Below, piece by piece: positions 54,399 to 64,000 of a stretch of 64,000 nucleotides of DNA (positions are counted from its first letter, which is position 1; each line of letters begins with the position of its first letter). This stretch comes from Zygnema circumcarinatum SAG 698-1b (taxonomy: Eukaryota > Plantae > Zygnematophyceae). Location: positions 310,001 to 374,000 of the forward strand of contig CM074806.1 of the NCBI GenBank assembly GCA_037447605.1, written 5' to 3'. The translations under genes and the position numbers were made by a program. The notes under the pieces are model-generated. The model was given only the letters and a program-made list of their open reading frames with translations. It was not told the origin of the DNA and ran no database searches.

Positions 54399-55149
54399 TG
54401 CGCAGCCGCGCCCTCCCAGGGCCGGCCTCCCCCGCGCCGCGCCAGGCCCGGGCAATTTGTCGCTTCGGTGACGTGGCACTTTCCCGTCTTTCCATTGGCT
54501 GTGGGCGAGCTGGCAAGCGCGCAGGTACGCCCGCCCGCCCGCGGCAGGCCCCTAGGGCCTATGGGAGGCCTCGAATCATACTGGCAGAAGGGACAAATTT
54601 GTTTGGCTGCACTCTGATTGGCTCAAATTTGCACTCAAATTTGACCTGCAATTTCTGCTGACGTGGCGTTTTATGATTCGTTCACGTGTCGCACAGTGAC
54701 TCCACAAACCGTTCCGTACAGATCGAATCAGGGCATAGGGGACTTTAGCGATACGTGTCCGCAAATTATTGGAGACATAAGTCGCAGTGTACGGTACCGA
54801 CATTGTACGTCGTCGGTGCCGTACTATCCAGTGTTGGTCTATTTTGTCGGGATGTGGGTGGGGCCGGAGTGCCCCGGATACCACGTGGTTATATTTGGGA
54901 CCATATCGTACCTCATGTCGTATCGTATCGTATCGTATTGTAATGAGGGGTTGAGAGGTACTGTGCAAAATCGAAAAAAGGATAGAATATGAATATCCGT
55001 ACCACCAGGGTATTTGAACAAAAACATAATTGTATGCGGGAATAAATAAACATTTTAAAATTGAGTTTTTTTGTTTTCAAGGAAAAATGTTTTTTAGAGT
55101 CATGTTCAAGGTGGAACTCGCTCCAAGAGTCCACAGATCGGACCATTAG

Positions 55150-55500
55150 ACAAACCAGTCGACTGGTTGGCAACCAGTGGTTGCGGACCGAAACAACCAT
55201 TCGACTGGTTGGCAACCAGTGGTTGCGGACCGAAACAACCATTCGACTGGTTGCCAACCAGTGGCTCAGGACCGAAACAACCATTCGACTGGTTTGGAAC
55301 CAGTGGATGCCACTGGTTGGCAACCATTCGACTGGTTGCCAACCAGTGCCGACGGATCGAAACAACCATTCGACTGGTTTGGAACCAGTGGATGCCACTG
55401 GTTGGAAACCAGTCGACTGGTTGCGAACCAGTGGCGCAGGACTGAAACAACCATTCGACTGGTTCGGAACCAGTGATCCAATGGTTGGCAACCATTGAAT
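55150..55500. repeat. Palindrome-built minisatellite of alternating AACCAGT/ACTGGTT motifs, unit about 42 bp
   Basis: Units such as CATTCGACTGGTTGGCAACCAGTGGTTGCGGACCGAAACAAC; perfect 16 bp palindromes AACCAGTCGACTGGTT at 55153 and 55407; a further copy at about 55760-55790. Confidence 0.9.
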
Positions 55501-56624
55501 TTCTGAAATTATGCCTTTTTGCAAAAATGGGTCGTATGTGTTTTTTGGTGGGTTGCCAACCGTTGACAACTAGTGTAACAAGCCTGATGCGTACAGATGT
55601 GTACGGATCCGTACAGCCGAGTCGTACGGTTGTACGGGAATTCTGTACGGCCGAACCGTAATAGTTTTCTCCGAAACGCCGACGGCATTTTGGTAACTGT
55701 AGCGTTCAGTTCGCTACAACTAGTGATTTAATGGTTGCCAACCATTTCATTTAATGGATATAACCATTCGACTGGTTGCCAACCAGTGCCGCCNNNNNNN
55801 NNNTCAAATGCCAGTTGTTGCAAGGGCGTCCGGCCGGGTAAATTTGTCGTGACACTTATGGACAAATGGACCACGTGGCAGGCACACCTCGTGACAGAGT
55901 TACACGTGGAAAGACGTCATCGCGGACGGCGGTTGACGTCCCGATCGGGTACGGTGAACACGACGGTTGAATACTGTACAGTGACGCCAAATTTACCCGC
56001 CCAGTGCGGCAGCCTGCACTGACTGCCAGTCCGTACACCATCCGTCGGAGGAAAGCACAACGGCCGGTTTTCTCTCCTTTTTAAAAATCCAATGAAAGTA
56101 CGCCACGCGTGAACCAATGTCCACGCGGCGAGTCGCCATTGCTTGAAAGCCACAGTACGAGCAGACTCATTCCTTATCACAATGGAAAAATATAAAAGGT
56201 GACCAGGTTCATTGGTTTATTAGTTCATAACTGGAGCTCAGTCCTCTACCACGGATCTTTTGACACGTGATAAAACTCCCCTAACGGCGATAACATGGAA
56301 CCGCGTGCAAGACGTCATTGTGACGCTTTCGTGGAACACCGAAACATCGACGAAGTGTCGCGGGGTCCCCTGGCTGACGACGCGTCCAAACTGTACGGAC
56401 AAAGTCAAGATGCGCGCTCAATTTCCCAATTGGAAGTAGCCACGTGCCAGCGGCTGTCACGAGTCGCCGCAGGCCGGAAGTGGCTGGGAATATAAAGGTG
56501 AGGGAGGGCGAGAGGAGGGGGGAGGTGTGCGGGAAAGTGTGAAAAAACTGAGGGAGGCAGAGAGAGAGGAGAGGATATTGAGGGAGAAGGGTGCGTGAGA
56601 AAGGACGAAACTTCTCTTGCAGCC

Positions 56625-59511
<2,887 letters not shown>

Positions 59512-60493
59512 ACTTCGCATACAATAGTAGTAGTAGTAGTAGTAGTAGTAGAGAGGAGATATAGGAGGAGAAGGGGGTGTCTTTAAGCAGGGGAGGGGGG
59601 GGGGGGGGGACAGAGAAAGGAGAGAGAAATGGTGTATGTGAAAAAGGGTGCAAGAGGAAGAGATGGTTCTCGCATTGGTGCAACAAGTTTTGAATTTGAG
59701 TTTGGTTTGGAAGATGGGATGGATTTGGCATTGGTCTCACTGTGGCGATAGTACCATGAAGTGTGCATGCACTGACTCAAGGTGTGGAACCAACATGAAC
59801 AAGCCCGAATGGCCTCGGAACAAAGGAAAAGTTTCGAGAAGCAGACATTGCCTCTAGGACCAACAACAACAACAACAACAACAACATGGCTATAGACGCA
59901 GCAGACATGCGGTCTCCATTGAAAGTCGCTTTGGTTTTTATGCGCTGGATACATTCCAGTTCTGTTCCCGTTAAAGTTTCAACGTCATTCTGTACTTCAC
60001 AGAAACCGTAAAATACGCATAACGTCCGTAATAACTACATGGAACGTAAATTTGTCGAGGGAATTTCAGCATAGAGAGCAAAGATCGCACCAAATGGGGT
60101 ATACCAGGCGGGGCTTTGGACGTTTTTACTCCATTGAGCACGTACGGAACCAATCACAGAATGCTACGTAGGCAAGTGTGTTGACGTGGCGTGTGGTGAT
60201 TGGCCAGTGTTCGCCAGGGCCGCAATGGAGGCGGCCCCGCGGACTTCAGAGGGAAAGGGAAGAGGAGAGCTTAGGGTTAGGGTTGACAGCGGGAGGAAGA
60301 GAGAGAGGGAGAGGGGGAAGAGAGAGTCCGGGAGGGAGAGGATTTTTAGAAAGGCATACGGAGGATTGGAAAGAGCGAGACGGGAGAGAGAGAGGCGTGT
60401 GAGAAGCGGGACAGGAGAGAGAGAGAGAGAGAGGGAGAGAGGGAGAGAGGGAGTTGAAGAGAGAGAGAGAGCGGGAGAGGCAGAGGGACATGG

Positions 60494-63400
60494 ATGATGA
60501 GTCGGAAGAGTGACCGCGACGCGCATGCGCTGGTGGAGGCGCGCTTCAAGCAGGTTTGCTGACGTCACATGTTTGCCAACTTTTGCGTCATCATGACGAA
60601 TCGTGCCCATCATCATCATCATCATCCTCATCCTCCATCCATGCAGTGCATGCATCGGCCTGTCTGCCCCCCTCTCCCCCTATCTCGGTTGCTGTGAAGG
60701 CCTTGCATCCATGCAATTCCCTAAAATCATCAATTTGAATGCTCAAAGAATGCTATTCTTTTCATTATCTTCTTGCCCGTTCTCCCTCTCTCCCTCTCCC
60801 TCTCAAAATATTTGGAAGGTCATGCCTCTCTGCTACCACCTGCAGATGTCGTCTTCCATTCTTTCTGATTTTTCTTTTTATATTTTTTTAAATTACCATT
60901 GGCTACTTTTTTTCTGCTCCTTTTCTCTTCCTTTTCCTTTTTTCATATTTTTTTTTCTTTCAATCGTTTTTGGCAGGCGCAGGACCTCGAACTCAAGCTC
61001 CGCAGTCTCCTCGCCTCCAAGGGCCCCCTCGACCCGGCCGTGCGTGACATCCGTCACAGCCTCCGCGAAAAATACGAATATCTAATTCTTACTGACCCTG
61101 AATTTGCCGAACGCAACGACATAGAATTCGCTCTATGGCGGCTGAGCTACAAGCGCATCGAGGAGTTCCGAGCACGAATATGGAAGCTCACAGCGACTCC
61201 CTCTCCCTCTCCCTCTCCCGCTCCCTCCCTCTCCGGGCCCCCTCCTTACCCCGGCAGCCGAGGGGGAGCGGGAGGACAGCTGGCCCGCCGGGAAGCCCTC
61301 CAGAAAATCACTTCAGTTTTTCGAAGTTTCTTGGCGGAGGCTTCGGGATTTTACCATGACTTGATAAGCAAGTTGAAGGGGAGGTACGGTCTCCCGCAGG
61401 ACTACTCCTTTGCGAGTGGGAGTGGGAGTGGGAGTGGAGAGGGAGAGGCGGCAGTGGAGGCCGAGGGCCTGAGACGCTGCCAGGTGTCCTGCCATCGCTG
61501 CCTCATCTATTTGGGAGACTTGGCGCGGTACAAGGAGCTCAATGCGAACGTAGAGCCGCTGCTCCGTGATTGGTCCGTTGCAGCCGGATACTATCTGCAG
61601 GCGGCCGCCACGTGGCCGGGCAGTGGGAACCCGCACAACCAGGTGAGGGAGAGGGAGGGGAGGGAGGGAGGAAGGGGGGAGGGGGGGATTGAGGGATAGG
61701 GAGGGGGACGTTGGGAGGGGATCGAGGGAGAAGGGAGGATGGGAGAGTATGATGGAGACGGGGGGGTGGGAGGGGGGGAAGGAGGGAGAGGGGGGCTGGG
61801 AGGGGTATGATGGAGAGTGGGAGGGTGAGAGGGGGGGGAGGGGGGGGGGAAGCCTAGACTTGAAATTGTAAACTCTAACCACGAAACTGAAATGTGAAAT
61901 CAGAATCCTAAAGGAAGGTTTTTGTGTTGTCGTTTTCCCTTTATACTTTTAGCTGGCGGTTCTGGCAACATATGTTGAAGACGAGCTGCTTGCCGTGTAC
62001 CGCTACAGCCGAAGTCTCGCCGTGGAAGTGCCCTTCCCCACTGCCCGTGAAAATCTCAGCATGCTCTTTGAGAAGGTAAAAACTTCGCTTCACGATAAGG
62101 AAAGGAAAGTGAAAGGAAGCGAGAAAGGAGAAGGAAGGACAAGTAACCTGTGTTTACCTTTGTTGTCTCACTCTGTCAAGTAACAAGAAAGATAGAGATA
62201 GACAAGATAGAGAGACAGACAGACGCTGATTTGTCACAGATTGAGGTCATACACGTTCTTAGGGTTGTTAGGTTATTCCATTTTTACTTGGTTTCTAGGG
62301 CTATTTCAATTTTTACAGGCTTTCTTCGTTTATGAGTTCGTAGCTCCTTCGGTATTCAGGGTTATTAGGGAAATCTGGTTGGTACAGATTTTCACCTGTT
62401 GTAAAGGATTAAATGTAATGCAAACCACGCAAACGAATGAACTGCATATATTCCATCATAGAAATCTGAGGGATTTTTAGGTCAAGTTTTTCATCCCATG
62501 TTCTGCAACTGCATCCCAGTTTCTGTCATAATCAACGTTTTGTGCTTTGCAGAATCGGGTCCGATATGCGGCACTGGTGGATAGCGGTGGATCCGGCGGA
62601 TCCACTGAACCCGGTGGATCCGGAGAAAAGGGGTCAGGAGTGAACCCCGGAGACCGGCTGATATCGACCGGTCAGGGAGAGCTCAAACTGGCTCTGAAGA
62701 GCCATAGTGTGAACGGAGGTGCGGCCGGGCAGCTGGAAAAAAATTCGGCAAGGCTGCCCAAGCTACGAAAACATTTCCGCATTCATTTTGTTCGCCTGAA
62801 TGGCATCATTTTCACAAAATCGAGGTATGTGAATCGACAAGAAGGAACCAAATCTCAAACTCTTTCTCTCTCTCTCGTTTCTCTCTCTCTCTCTCTGTTT
62901 CTCTCTCTCTCTCTCTGTTTCTTTCTCTCTCTCTCTGTTTCTCTCGCTCTCTCTCGCGGTTTGCAGTTTGCAGGGGGTTTTTCCGGTTGTTTTTAAGGGA
63001 ATTGAAGCTGATGCTTGGTCATATTGTCTGTATTTTTTTTTTTTGTAGTATTGAAACATTTGCAGACGTGTACATCGCTACTGTGCGAGACCTGGAGGAG
63101 CTTCTCGCTCTCGATGATGCGAACATAGAAGCAGTACTCGGCTCCGAAAGCCGAAACGGAATCGGTAGTGTGAGCGCCGGCTCCTTTGGAGTTATCCAAC
63201 TCCTAGTGGTTCTCATATTCACTCTCATCAACATCAATCACTCGCCCGAAAATCATCATCCCACATATGCAGAAGTCCTGCAGAAATCTGAGCTTTTCCA
63301 GCATTCTTTCACAGCCCTTTTTGAATGTTCTGGAAGGCTCGTTCGCCGACTAATGGCAGCAAAACAACCTTTAAAGAGTCCTATTTTTCCGGCTGTTCTG

Positions 63401-64000
63401 ATAGTGCTCGATTTCTTAGCCTCTCATTCGGAAATGGCTTTGGGGTCGGAGGTGGGAGAGAGACAAGCGAAGGCTCGATCCTTCTTTTGGGCTCAAATCG
63501 TAAATTTTCTGAATATGCTTTTAGAGGGGTTTGAAGGGGAGGGGGGAGAAGAGCAAACTGGGGGGTTTGACGCACATGGAACCTCCGTTCCGTTGTGGGA
63601 AGATCAAGAATTGAAGGGGTTTCTCCCTCTCATTCCAGTGCAGAAGAAATTGGATTACTCAAAAACGAGTTCAAGAATGGGAGCAGGGGGGGCAGAGCAG
63701 GAGCAGATTCGAATTCGGAGAGTTCTGAATGCCGGAAAATTGCTTTCTGCAGTGTTTAAGGGTTCAGGATTAGGGTTAGGGTTCGATGAAGCGGCGGGCT
63801 CTTTCTTCATAGCGGGGCAAACTGTTAGTCCTCAGCAGAAAATTAGTTTGTTGCTTCCTGCAGAAAATGAAGCATTTATGCCTGAACGTCATATTGAGAT
63901 AAAGACGAGAGAGAATTTGCCGGATTTGAAGGGGAAGGAAGCGGGGGATGACGGGGTTGTGCAGGAGGAAGAGTGGGGAGTGGAAGGAGTAGAGAATGGG
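60494..64000 (+). CDS. SMG7: SMG7/EST1-family nonsense-mediated decay factor, 5' part (runs off the window)
   Basis: Exons 60494-60553 (start tentative), 60977-61642, 61953-62075, 62553-62824, 63049->64000. Motifs LREKYEYLIL...IEFALWRLSYKRIEEFR, CHRCLIYLGDLARYK, WPGSGNPHNQLAVLATY, FPTARENL, LWEDQELKGFLPL. Confidence 0.92.

Noticed and set aside
55150-55500. CRISPR array
   Set aside because: The intervening segments are themselves repeated rather than unique spacers, there are no cas genes, and the context is eukaryotic.
54913-55569. Overlapping ORFs of 92-218 aa on both strands
   Set aside because: They arise from the palindromic minisatellite.

Overview
Eukaryotic nuclear DNA, inferred to be a streptophyte green alga or early plant relative (Pelle-type kinase, plant-type PHT4/SMG7/AKR, GT-AG introns filled with CT/GA microsatellites, interstitial telomere-like repeats). 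I hand-spliced 11 protein-coding models: a plastid PHT4 anion transporter, a small bacterial-like DUF427 protein, the 3' end of GC1/SulA (cut by an N gap), an uncharacterised membrane protein, an intact hAT-transposase-derived ORF, a Sen1/Upf1-like SF1 helicase, a 24-exon cyanobacterial-type DNA polymerase III alpha subunit (dnaE), a cytoplasmic receptor-like kinase, a tentative Asp-rich repeat protein, an aldo-keto reductase and the 5' part of SMG7. The standout is dnaE (32441-45196, +). It is a family C replicase with 23 phase-consistent spliceosomal introns and a transit-peptide-like N-terminal extension. Its polymerase aspartates, all nine PHP metal ligands and a beta-clamp motif are intact, and it reads FAEY-CFNKSH without an intein at the site where most cyanobacteria split the gene. 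This suggests a retained bacterial Pol III-type organellar replisome. An 8.5 kb hierarchical GC-rich/telomere-like satellite occupies about 10.8-19.3 kb. All models come from reading the sequence and recalled family motifs; no searches were run.
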